Positions 27,825-36,968 of a stretch of 42,236 nt of DNA are shown here, piece by piece; within the stretch, counting starts at the first letter, position 1, and every line of letters starts with the position of its first letter. Source of the stretch: Bacteroidales bacterium. GTDB taxonomy: Bacteria > Bacteroidota > Bacteroidia > Bacteroidales > UBA932. The notes under the pieces were generated by a model, which saw nothing but the letters and a program-made list of their open reading frames with translations, was not told the DNA's origin and ran no database searches. The position numbers and the translations under genes were made by a program. Location: positions 1 to 42,236 of the forward strand of contig JAGCWB010000108.1 in NCBI GenBank assembly GCA_017962065.1, given 5' to 3'.

Positions 27825-28247
27825 ATGATACACAATATTCAAATTGCCTCTCTGGAGGACCTGGACCGGGCTGCACGGGAGTTTCTCACGGCCATAGGGG
27901 ACAATACCCTCATTGCTTTTTATGCACCGATGGGGGCTGGGAAAACCACTTTCACAACGGCCGTATGCAAGGCCCTGGGGGTGGAGGAAGACGCTATCAG
28001 TTCCCCCACCTTTGCCATAGTGAACGAATATCGTGGCAGGGGAGGCAGGCCGATCTTCCATTTTGATTTTTATCGCATGGAAAGGCCTGAAGAGGCCCTT
28101 GATATCGGCCTTTACGATTATCTTGATTCCGGCGAACTTTGCCTGATGGAATGGCCGGAAAACATTGAAGGCCTCTTACCGGAAGAGACCCTCAAAGTAA
28201 ATATCAGCGTCAATGCCGATGGCAGCCGGACGCTAAGCTGGGAATAA
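27825..28247 (+). CDS. tsaE: tRNA threonylcarbamoyladenosine biosynthesis ATPase TsaE
   Basis: MGAGKTTF, SSPTFAIVNEY, HFDFYR, LMEWPE. Confidence 0.95.
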   Translation: MIHNIQIASLEDLDRAAREFLTAIGDNTLIAFYAPMGAGKTTFTTAVCKALGVEEDAISSPTFAIVNEYRGRGGRPIFHFDFYRMERPEEALDIGLYDYLDSGELCLMEWPENIEGLLPEETLKVNISVNADGSRTLSWE

Positions 28248-28251
28248 CAAT

Positions 28252-29340
28252 TCAGTTTTTCTGAAATACCCTCACGTAGTCAATCTCGTATATGGCCGGA
28301 AGCTGGCTTTCGTCAACTGTGCCGCCCATATTTCCGCCCCAGGCCATGTTCAGCTTTAGGTAGAACGGATTGAAGAATGGCCAGGTGTCGTAGTTACCCT
28401 TCTTGTCGTTGGCAAAGCTGTGATGAGCCTTCCCGTCAATGTAGAAGGTAAATCCGTCGGCAGTCCACTCGCACGCATAGGTATGGAACTCGCCAGCGGC
28501 ATTGCTTACGCTCTGCACATGAGTTTTTCCAGTACCGATGGTGTGATTATACGCCGTACAATGTATACTTGAAGAAGACTTGTTCTTCCCCTGGGTAGAT
28601 ATTGCGTATTCCATGATGTCCACCTCTCCGTCGGCCGGCCAGGCTTTGAAGTTTTTGGGCATCATCCAGAATGCGGGCCAGCTGCCAGGTACGTCAGTCA
28701 CCTTGATACGTGCCTCGAACCATCCATACGTCCAGGATTTGTTAGTATTCATGCGTATTGAATACACCGTGCTGCCAATCTTCCGGGCCTCAATTTTAAG
28801 TGTGCCATTGGAAATATAGGCAAGGTCGGTTCCGTCCTTGGACTGTGCTACGTAGTTCTGCAGCTCGTTGTTGCCCCAGCCGCCGGCACCGGTCTCGTAC
28901 CACCATTCCGATGAAGGAATGCTTCCTTCATTGAATTCATCGCGCCAAACCAGCTGATATCCTTCGGGAATGTCAATATCCACATCCGGTGCGCTTTGGG
29001 TGACAGGCACCTTCACGCGGGTAGTGCCACATTTGACGGTAATCTCTGTGCTACGCTCTTTATAAGTGTCGTTCTTGGTCACTTTCACCGTCACCTTGGC
29101 CGATTTTTCAGCGCTGTAGGACGGCGTTACAGTAACCCAGGTACACCCGTCGGCCGGAAATGCCTGGAATGCGTCGGAAGCTGTCACGTTAAGCGTAAGC
29201 TCAGCTGCATCGGCACTGCATGAAAACGAGGTGGGGGTTACAGTCACCGTTTCTTCTTCGGCGGGTACCGGATCCTTCGAGCCGCCGCAGGCGCAAGCTG
29301 CGGCGACTAAAAGGAACGATAGAATAAAACGTGCGTCCAT
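28252..29340 (-). CDS. GH16 endo-beta-1,3-glucanase (laminarinase-type) lipoprotein with N-terminal BACON domain
   Basis: Start MDARFILS with lipobox ACAC; LVWRDEF, GWGNNELQNY, WPAFWMM, catalytic EVDIME, IDYVRVFQ. Confidence 0.92.
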   Translation of the reverse strand: MDARFILSFLLVAAACACGGSKDPVPAEEETVTVTPTSFSCSADAAELTLNVTASDAFQAFPADGCTWVTVTPSYSAEKSAKVTVKVTKNDTYKERSTEITVKCGTTRVKVPVTQSAPDVDIDIPEGYQLVWRDEFNEGSIPSSEWWYETGAGGWGNNELQNYVAQSKDGTDLAYISNGTLKIEARKIGSTVYSIRMNTNKSWTYGWFEARIKVTDVPGSWPAFWMMPKNFKAWPADGEVDIMEYAISTQGKNKSSSSIHCTAYNHTIGTGKTHVQSVSNAAGEFHTYACEWTADGFTFYIDGKAHHSFANDKKGNYDTWPFFNPFYLKLNMAWGGNMGGTVDESQLPAIYEIDYVRVFQKN

Positions 29341-29341
29341 A

Positions 29342-32248
29342 TTACTTATGTTCGCGCAGGATGATTTCCCTAATGGTAACGTCGGTGTCATCCGGGTTGC
29401 CGCCAAAGTCGAAGACCATCTTTACGGCTGCGGCGTCAATGCCGGTGATCTCCATCATAGTGAAAGTGAAATCCTCGTAGGCCGATATGTCGCAACGCTC
29501 CGTGAACAGGAAGTTGTTGTCATCGGCAGAGTCGGTGAGCTTGAAGGTTACACCATTTACATTCTGGCTCAGCTCCACCTTGCACTGGAAGTCGTACTTC
29601 TTGTCGGCGCTAAGTGCGATTGCGTTATCGGGGATGATGAAGAACTGGTTCTGCCACTGGTCAGTGGTGGCGGAAGGGCAGCTGAAGCTGTACTCGTTAC
29701 CGTTGTTGGTAATCTCGGGGTTGGGCAGCTGGTTCCAGCCGGGAGCATAGTACTGGCTGTAGGAGTGGGCTGCGTCGGCTCCTTTCCACACATTGTCGGC
29801 ATCGTCATAAACCATAGGCGCAGAACCTGATCCGGAACCGCCTGCCTCATGTTCCTGCAGGATGATTTCCTTGATTTCCACATCAGTGTTGTCCGGGTTG
29901 CCACCAAAGTCAAATACCATCTTTATGGCAGCGGCGTCAATGCCGTCCAGCTCTATCAGGGTGAATACGAACTCTTCATAGGCCGATATGTCGCGGCGCT
30001 CGGTGAACAGGAAGTTGTTGTCATCGGTGGAGTCGGTGAGTTTGAAGGTTACACCGTTCACATCCTGGCTCAGCGTTACCCTGCAGTGGAAATCGTACTT
30101 CTTATCGGCGCTAAGCGCCATTGCGTTATCGGGGATGATGAAGAACTGGTTCTGCCACTGGTCGGAGGTAGCGGTAGGGCATGAGAAGCGGTACTCGTTG
30201 CCTTCATTAGTGACATCGGGGTTGGGCAACTGGTTCCAGCCTGGAGCATAGTACTGGCTGTAGGTGTGGGCTGCATCGGCCGGTTTCCACAGGTTCTTGT
30301 CGGAGTCGTAGTCAAATACAACCTCTCCGCCGCCCTGGGGTTCCTGATGCTCCTGGAAGCAGATGTCCTTGATTTCCACGTCGGTATTGGCAGGGTTGCC
30401 GCCAAAGTCGAAGAAGAGGGAGATCTTCTCCATGTCAATGCCGTCCACGTTCGGAAGTTTGTACACGAACGGTTCAAAGGCAGTAATGTTGTGACGGTCG
30501 GCGCAATAGAATACGTTGTCATCGCCGGTCTGGACCAGTTTGATGGTCACGCCCTTCACATCCTGCGACGTGGTTAAGGTGCAGCAGAAGTCATACTTCT
30601 TGTCGGCCGACGAGCTCATGGATGTGCGGAATGCAACCTGGGCCTGCCACTGGTCGCTTGTGGCCTCCGGCAAGGAGAAGGTATAAACCCAATTGTCAAC
30701 CGATACTACCGGATCGTCAATCTTCTGCCAGCCCGGAGCATAGTAGTAGAACATTTCTTCAATTACTGCGCTGCGCCAGAGGTTGGTGGCACCGGTAATG
30801 TCGTAATGTGCGCCTTCTTCGGGCTCTTCCGGATCCTCGGGATCTTCGGGCAGCACGGTACCGTCGTCAATGGCATGGTCCTTAACCACTATATTGGCAA
30901 GTGAGACCACGGTGCCTGCAGCGTTTCCGCCAAAGTCGAATACCATCTTCACGCCGTTGGGAGCGTCAATTCCGGCAAGATCGGTGAAGTAGAAAACGGT
31001 TTCGCCGGCTTCGAATTTCTCGCGTTCAGCGAACAGGAAGTTGTTGTCATCGCCCACGTCGGTGAGTTTGAGCGTCATACCCGGGAGTCCCAGGTTGGTG
31101 TTCACAATCACCGAGAAGTCGTAGTTCTTGGATGCTTCCAGAACAACAGGGGCGGTGGGGATGATGTGGAACTGAGCCTGCCACTGGTCGGAGGTGGCTT
31201 CCGGCAGGGTGAGGGTATATTCCGCACCGTTCTGCTCGGTCTCTGGATCGTCAATCTGAGCCCAGCCTGGAGCATAGTAGTAAGAGATACTATGGTCGGA
31301 ATCGGCAGGTTTCCAGATATTGCTGTCGGCGTCGTATTTGAAGCCTTTGAACTTCACTACGCCAGCCTTGGAGGTAATCAGGAAGTGCCATGCGATGGCG
31401 CCGTTGTCGTGCACAAGTTCGAAGGTTTCACGGCTGGCGCTGAGCACCTTGAATTCGGGTGCTGCCCAGAAGTCGTCGTTGTCGATGTACGGGAACAGGG
31501 TGTGCTCCGGCAGAGTGAGATACAGGTCGTTGCCGCGCATCTCGAACTTGTAGGAGCTCAACTGCTCTGCCACGGTGACGTTGTAGTCTTCCGTAGCTTC
31601 TCCCTTCTGGTCCACGAACGGGGATACGGTTACGCCGATATTCACGTAAGTGGCATTGTCGTCACCAGGATAGTACAAATATGCACCATCGCCGCTGAAT
31701 GTGACAAGGTCTTCGTAAACACCGAAGGCTTCCTTGTCACCGGGATTGGCCGACCACCAGTTGGTGCCGTCGGTACCAGGTTCACCGCAGCCCATGTGGC
31801 CGGCGGTTTCACCGTCGATGTGCCAAATCTTAGTGTTTTCGGCCGATGTGCCACCGGCCAGGAAGTTCAGGTACTTGTCGAAGTTGGCAATTGTGTTGTC
31901 AATATGGAAAGTCTTTTCCACATAGTCCGGGCTTACGCCTGAAGCGTTCATTATCTTCATGCGCACCGGATAGTCACCGGCGGTGGTAAAGATCTTCTTT
32001 GCGCCGTTCTGGGCCTTGTATTCGGTGAATTCACCGTTTTTGTCCTGGAACAGCCACACGGGAATCACGCCCTTGGCATCCACGGAGAAGGTGACCTGGT
32101 TAATCTCCTGATCTACCGAGATGATGGGTTCATAGGCCGATGCCGTTTTGGGAGCTTCTGCCTCTGAAGGGTGGTGAATCTGCTCCTTTGCGCAGGCGGC
32201 CAGTGCCAGAACTGCAGTGAGTATATAAGCTAATCTTTTCATAATCAA
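29342..32248 (-). CDS. Surface glycan-binding protein with four tandem CBM-like modules
   Basis: Lipobox ALAAC; PKD-like N-terminus; four copies of YYAPGW...SDQWQxQ...FDFGGN; located after susD. Confidence 0.85.
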   Translation of the reverse strand: MIMKRLAYILTAVLALAACAKEQIHHPSEAEAPKTASAYEPIISVDQEINQVTFSVDAKGVIPVWLFQDKNGEFTEYKAQNGAKKIFTTAGDYPVRMKIMNASGVSPDYVEKTFHIDNTIANFDKYLNFLAGGTSAENTKIWHIDGETAGHMGCGEPGTDGTNWWSANPGDKEAFGVYEDLVTFSGDGAYLYYPGDDNATYVNIGVTVSPFVDQKGEATEDYNVTVAEQLSSYKFEMRGNDLYLTLPEHTLFPYIDNDDFWAAPEFKVLSASRETFELVHDNGAIAWHFLITSKAGVVKFKGFKYDADSNIWKPADSDHSISYYYAPGWAQIDDPETEQNGAEYTLTLPEATSDQWQAQFHIIPTAPVVLEASKNYDFSVIVNTNLGLPGMTLKLTDVGDDNNFLFAEREKFEAGETVFYFTDLAGIDAPNGVKMVFDFGGNAAGTVVSLANIVVKDHAIDDGTVLPEDPEDPEEPEEGAHYDITGATNLWRSAVIEEMFYYYAPGWQKIDDPVVSVDNWVYTFSLPEATSDQWQAQVAFRTSMSSSADKKYDFCCTLTTSQDVKGVTIKLVQTGDDNVFYCADRHNITAFEPFVYKLPNVDGIDMEKISLFFDFGGNPANTDVEIKDICFQEHQEPQGGGEVVFDYDSDKNLWKPADAAHTYSQYYAPGWNQLPNPDVTNEGNEYRFSCPTATSDQWQNQFFIIPDNAMALSADKKYDFHCRVTLSQDVNGVTFKLTDSTDDNNFLFTERRDISAYEEFVFTLIELDGIDAAAIKMVFDFGGNPDNTDVEIKEIILQEHEAGGSGSGSAPMVYDDADNVWKGADAAHSYSQYYAPGWNQLPNPEITNNGNEYSFSCPSATTDQWQNQFFIIPDNAIALSADKKYDFQCKVELSQNVNGVTFKLTDSADDNNFLFTERCDISAYEDFTFTMMEITGIDAAAVKMVFDFGGNPDDTDVTIREIILREHK
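29345..30310. repeat. Intragenic tandem duplication, 501-bp period
   Basis: Near-identical DNA, e.g. GGAGCATAGTACTGGCTGTAGG at 29742 and 30243; the antisense shadow ORFs at 29487 and 29988 are almost identical. Confidence 0.9.
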
Positions 32249-33789
32249 TAGTTGTTCTGGGTGAGTTCATAAGTCTTGCCCTTAGCCGAGTCAATCTCGC
32301 TCTGAGGGATGGGCAGATACTTCTTGGAAGCAGTCCAGCTGTTGGTACGGTAACCAAACTCGTCGGGAACCAGCACCTTGGATGCCTTGATGTCGTCGGA
32401 ATCGCTTTCCCAGCGAACCAGATCCCAGTAGCGCTTGCCTTCGCCCACGAACTCAAGTTCGCGTTCTTTCTTGATGTTCTCAAGGGACAGGGCTACATTT
32501 TCACCGGTTGCACGGGAGTGAACCTGGTTCAGCCAGCCTTCGGCATCGCCGGAGCCATAACCGCGAACCACCAGTTCGGCAGCGTTCAGCAGAGTCTCAG
32601 AGAAGCGGTAGATACGAAGGTTGTTGTTGAAGTTGAGGTCGGCATCGGCCAGCTGGTCCTTGTTATTCTCCTTGTAGGCAACATACTTCTCCAGGAAGAT
32701 GCCGGTGTCCTGATAGCGGGGGCTGTATCCTACGCCGGCACCTACGTTCCAGCAGGTGGCGTCACGGCGGGCGTCGTTTGCTGCATACATGTCATAGGTT
32801 GACTGACGGACAGGTGCAAAGCCCCAGCCGTTGTCGTGAACGGAGTCTCCGCTCCAGCCGTTGGGGCTGATCATGCGGGGCAGGACTGTACCGCCGGCGG
32901 CCAGAGGGTTATTGCCGGGGGACCATCCGCGTATAGCGTTGTCGTCCTTGTAATTGATGTCGAAGATTGTCTCTTTTCCCCACTCGCCTTCTTCCTTGAA
33001 AAGAATGCCGTAGTCGGGCAGGAGCGCATAATCGGCAGCAATGATATCCTTCATGTAATTCAAGGCTTTTGGCAGGCGGCTCTCATCGTTCTTATACATC
33101 GTAAGTTCGGCGTAAAGCATGTATGCCATGGCCTTGGAAACCCGTCCCTGATCGTCTCCGATCCACTTCATGGGCAGGACATCGAGTGCGATGGCTCCTT
33201 CAAGATCGGCGATAATCTTATCGTAAACTTCGTCGGCAGGGAACTGCTGGCAGGTGAAGTCTCCGGTAAGGTTAACCTCATAGTAAGGGATGTTGCCGTA
33301 GAATTTCCACAGGATATTGTAGTAGAAGGCGCGCAGAACACGAACCTGAGCCTCGGCAAGTTTGGCATCGGCTTCACTGAGACCGTTGTCCTTTGTCCAG
33401 CCGATATATGTGATTACATCGTTGCAGCGTTTAATTCCGGAATAGCATGAACTCCATAGTCCGCTCATGGTGTCTGTGGGCAGAGCCTCAAAGTTCATCA
33501 TCAGGTGCCAGAACTTGTTGTCGGAACGGTCGGAACCGCCAACCCATATCTGGTCGGCCATGATGTCGCTCATGATGTTCAGCGGGGTGTACTGGCTGTT
33601 GTTCCAGTCGAACCATTCAAGCGGGTCGTAGGCGGCGATAACGGCCTCCTGCAGATGCTCGGGCGTGGTAAAGTATTCCTCCAGCGGGCTCTCGGTGGGG
33701 TGTTCCACGGTGAGGAATTCCTTTCCGCAGGCGCTCAGAATAACGGCTGCGGCAGTAAGTGCTAATACAAAATTCTTTTTCATATCCAT
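32245..33789 (-). CDS. susD: SusD/RagB family lipoprotein
   Basis: Lipobox ILSAC; LRAFYYNILW, GRVSKAMA, YRFSETLLNAAE, ERELEFVGEGKRYWDLVRW, LPIPQSEID. Confidence 0.95.
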   Translation of the reverse strand: MDMKKNFVLALTAAAVILSACGKEFLTVEHPTESPLEEYFTTPEHLQEAVIAAYDPLEWFDWNNSQYTPLNIMSDIMADQIWVGGSDRSDNKFWHLMMNFEALPTDTMSGLWSSCYSGIKRCNDVITYIGWTKDNGLSEADAKLAEAQVRVLRAFYYNILWKFYGNIPYYEVNLTGDFTCQQFPADEVYDKIIADLEGAIALDVLPMKWIGDDQGRVSKAMAYMLYAELTMYKNDESRLPKALNYMKDIIAADYALLPDYGILFKEEGEWGKETIFDINYKDDNAIRGWSPGNNPLAAGGTVLPRMISPNGWSGDSVHDNGWGFAPVRQSTYDMYAANDARRDATCWNVGAGVGYSPRYQDTGIFLEKYVAYKENNKDQLADADLNFNNNLRIYRFSETLLNAAELVVRGYGSGDAEGWLNQVHSRATGENVALSLENIKKERELEFVGEGKRYWDLVRWESDSDDIKASKVLVPDEFGYRTNSWTASKKYLPIPQSEIDSAKGKTYELTQNNY

Positions 33790-33798
33790 TCCTCCCGT

Positions 33799-36700
33799 TT
33801 AGAATTTAAGGTTCAGGCCCACACGGAACGTGCGCGGCTGGGGATAAACGCCGTAGTCGATACCCAGCGATGTGCCGCCGGAAGAGATTTCCGGATCGTA
33901 TCCGTGGTACTTGGTAAGAGTGACGAGGTTCTCGGCGCTCACATAGAGGCGGAGCGAAGAAATGAGAATCTTCTTTGTGAGTTTCTCCGGAAGGGTATAA
34001 CCCAGCTGGAGGGTTTTGAGGCGGCCATAGGAGCCGTCATATACATAGAGGTCGCTTAGTTGCCAGTTGACGGAGTCGCCTCGGACATAGCGGGGAATGC
34101 GGTTGGAAGTACCTTCGCCTGTCCAGCGGTTAAGCATATAAGAAGGCAGGTTTGACTGGGAAATGTCTATACGGCGGGTGAGGTCAAGCACGTCATTGCC
34201 GGCTGTACCCTGCCACAGCATGTAGAAGTCAATGCCGTTCCAATTGGCGGACAGGTTGAGACCCCAGGTAAAGTCAGGTGTGCCATCGCCTATATAGGTG
34301 CGGTCGTCGTCGTTGAATTTGCCGTCGCCGTTGGCATCGACAAAGCGTACGTCGCCGGGTACGGCATTGGGCATGAGTTTTTCACCATCCTTATTCACAT
34401 AAGCGTCAATTTCGGCCTGGTTCTGGAAGATTCCGTCGGTCTTATAGCCGTAGAAGAATACGAAAGGATAGCCGTTCTCTGCGCGGGAAGCTGTTCCGGC
34501 GCCCTGGAAGGAGTCATAGTTCTGGAATCCGCTGTCGTTACCCAGGTTCACCAGAGTGTTCTTGAGCCAGGTGCCATTGCCGCCGACGCGGAAGTTTACG
34601 GGACCTAAGTTGAACTTATAAGAAAGCTCCATCTCAACGCCTGTATTATCCATAATACCTACGTTGCCGATAGGACGGGATTCACCTACATAGGAGTTGA
34701 TGGGGATTTCCATTAGCATGCCGTTGGTGCGTTTCTTGTACCATTCAATGGTGAATGTGAGAGCATTTGCCATGAAACCCAAATCAAGGCCGATGTTGGT
34801 CTGAATGGACTCCTCCCAGCGCAGGTCGGGGTTGGCCAGACCGCTGGATTTGACGCCCTGGGCCACAGACTCGTTCTGACCAAAGATGTAGTTGTTGCCT
34901 CTGGATGTCATCACTGTATAGCGGAAGTCACCAATGTTTTCGTTACCGTTCATACCCCAGGAGAAACGCAGTTTGGCGTTGCTGAGCCATGAAGGGATAA
35001 CATCCACCATGTAGGGTTCCTTATGGATGTTCCAGCCCCGGGAGAAGGACGGGAAGTAACCCCCTTTATTGTTGGCGCCAAAACGGGAGGAACCGTCCAT
35101 ACGGAGGGTGACCTGACCCATGTACCGTTCACCGTAGTTGTAGTCGGCACGGGCGAAGTAGGATGCAAGGCGATGCTCGGTGTAATAGCTGCCATACACA
35201 TTCATGCGGCCGTCTTCCTGAAGGCCGGTGGCGTTGTCAATGTAAGGCTTGCTGTACTTGTCCTCCGGCAGGTCCATGCGGGAACCGCCAACCTGCTGGC
35301 CTTTGGAACGGAATGCGCTCTGACCCAGGAGGACAGAGAAACTGTGCTTGTCAATGGTCTTGTTGTAGGACAGTACGTTTTCAAGCTGCCAGCTGAAGCT
35401 TTGGGCGCTGTAAGCGTTGGCGTTGGAATTCTCGGCTTTGTTGTTGCCGCTCAGGTAGAACAGCGGGGTATAACCCTCGTTGCCCCAGAATCCAAGGTCA
35501 AATCCAATGGAACTCTTGAACTTAAGGTTGTCCCAGATCTGAAGTTCTCCGGAGAATCCGGCAGTGAACTTATGAGTCCAGTTCTGGTTGGCAGGCAGAT
35601 GCATGGAGGCTACCGGGTTTACCATCTCATTGTAGTCCATTCCGGGAATCATGAATACACCATTTTCGTCTTCAACAAGGGTTTGGCCTGCATAGATGGT
35701 CTGGTATGTCGCCAGATCTTCTTCGGTGGCATATACGCCCAGGATAGGGCTCAGTGCCAGGGCCGATCCTAACGGGGAACCCCACTGAGAGTTTTCTGCG
35801 ACACCCTTCGAATGGATGTTGGCATAGGAAAGCTGCGAGGTTAAAACAATGTTATTAAGCCAGTTGCGCTCTTTAGTGCGGTCCAGCAGAGTGTAGGAGT
35901 TGTTGGAACGGATTGTGAGACGGTCATAGTTGGAACGTCCGAACTGGCCGCCCACGATACCATCCTGTTTAAGATAACCCAGGGAGACATAGTAGTTTAC
36001 CTTGTCGGATGCTCCGCTCACGGAAAACTCGTGACTCTGGGAAGGGGCGTTGTAGTTGAACACCTGCTTCTGCCAGTCTGTGCCTTCGCCATAGCTGTAC
36101 GGATCGGCATAGACGGGAGCCATGCCGGCGTTGATACGGCCTTCGTTGTTCATGAGTGCATACTCGCTGGCATTCAAGACTTCACGCTCGCGCCAGGGGC
36201 TGGACCAGCCATAGGAGAAGTCGTAGCTGAAACGTGCCGATCCCTTGGCGCCTTTCTTTGTCGTCACCAGAATAACACCGTTTGCAGCACGGGCTCCGTA
36301 AACGGCACCTGCAGCTGCGTCTTTAAGAACTTCGATGGACTCGATATCCTGAGGGTTCAGGTAGTCGATACCGTCAATGCCCATAGGCATACCATCCACA
36401 ATGTATAGCGGGTTTGAATCGTTGATGGTGCCGATACCGCGGACGCGGATACGGGAGGCTGCGCCCGGCTGGCCGGATGAAGCCGTTACCTGTACACCGG
36501 CGGTAAGGCCCTTGAGGGCGTTATCCACACGGGTGGGAGAGGTTACGCCCAGAGCTTCGGCGTCCACTTTTGCGATGGAAGCCGTCACCACGGACTTTTT
36601 CTGTACACCGTAGCCGATTACCACGGTTTCTTCCAGCATCTGGGTGTCGTCGGGAAGAACAACCACCAGATTCTGTTCTCCGTTGTTCACAATCACCTGC

Positions 36701-36930
36701 GTGGTGTAGCCGATGCAGGAAACCTCGATGGAAGCACCGGTCGGGGCATTGAGGACGAAGTCTCCGTCCACGCCCGTCATAGTACCGTTGTTGGTACCCT
36801 GCTGAACTACAAACGCGCCGATGATGGGTTCGCCGGCGCTGTCATGAACCACACCCTTAAGTGTGACGTTCTGTGCCGCTGCCGACAAAACCAATCCTAG
36901 GAAAAGGATCAAAGATGCGATTTTTTTCAT
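33799..36930 (-). CDS. susC: SusC/RagA TonB-dependent transporter
   Basis: LEETVVIGYG, VLKDAAAGAVYGARAANGVILVTTK, C-terminal YPQPRTFRVGLNLKF. Confidence 0.96.
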   Translation of the reverse strand: MKKIASLILFLGLVLSAAAQNVTLKGVVHDSAGEPIIGAFVVQQGTNNGTMTGVDGDFVLNAPTGASIEVSCIGYTTQVIVNNGEQNLVVVLPDDTQMLEETVVIGYGVQKKSVVTASIAKVDAEALGVTSPTRVDNALKGLTAGVQVTASSGQPGAASRIRVRGIGTINDSNPLYIVDGMPMGIDGIDYLNPQDIESIEVLKDAAAGAVYGARAANGVILVTTKKGAKGSARFSYDFSYGWSSPWREREVLNASEYALMNNEGRINAGMAPVYADPYSYGEGTDWQKQVFNYNAPSQSHEFSVSGASDKVNYYVSLGYLKQDGIVGGQFGRSNYDRLTIRSNNSYTLLDRTKERNWLNNIVLTSQLSYANIHSKGVAENSQWGSPLGSALALSPILGVYATEEDLATYQTIYAGQTLVEDENGVFMIPGMDYNEMVNPVASMHLPANQNWTHKFTAGFSGELQIWDNLKFKSSIGFDLGFWGNEGYTPLFYLSGNNKAENSNANAYSAQSFSWQLENVLSYNKTIDKHSFSVLLGQSAFRSKGQQVGGSRMDLPEDKYSKPYIDNATGLQEDGRMNVYGSYYTEHRLASYFARADYNYGERYMGQVTLRMDGSSRFGANNKGGYFPSFSRGWNIHKEPYMVDVIPSWLSNAKLRFSWGMNGNENIGDFRYTVMTSRGNNYIFGQNESVAQGVKSSGLANPDLRWEESIQTNIGLDLGFMANALTFTIEWYKKRTNGMLMEIPINSYVGESRPIGNVGIMDNTGVEMELSYKFNLGPVNFRVGGNGTWLKNTLVNLGNDSGFQNYDSFQGAGTASRAENGYPFVFFYGYKTDGIFQNQAEIDAYVNKDGEKLMPNAVPGDVRFVDANGDGKFNDDDRTYIGDGTPDFTWGLNLSANWNGIDFYMLWQGTAGNDVLDLTRRIDISQSNLPSYMLNRWTGEGTSNRIPRYVRGDSVNWQLSDLYVYDGSYGRLKTLQLGYTLPEKLTKKILISSLRLYVSAENLVTLTKYHGYDPEISSGGTSLGIDYGVYPQPRTFRVGLNLKF

Positions 36931-36968
36931 ACGCGTTGGTTTGTTTTGCGTTGGTTATTGGTTAATTG

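Noticed and set aside
29345-30310. Near-identical repeats as a DGR template/variable pair
   Set aside because: Both copies are in-frame domains of one protein, differences are not confined to adenines, and no reverse transcriptase is present.
35038-35064. Unusual SusC residues NKGGYFPSFSRGW (usually NKWGYFPSxSLGW)
   Set aside because: Both changes are single T-to-G substitutions in G-rich context within 30 bp, more likely base-call errors than biology; read inspection is needed.
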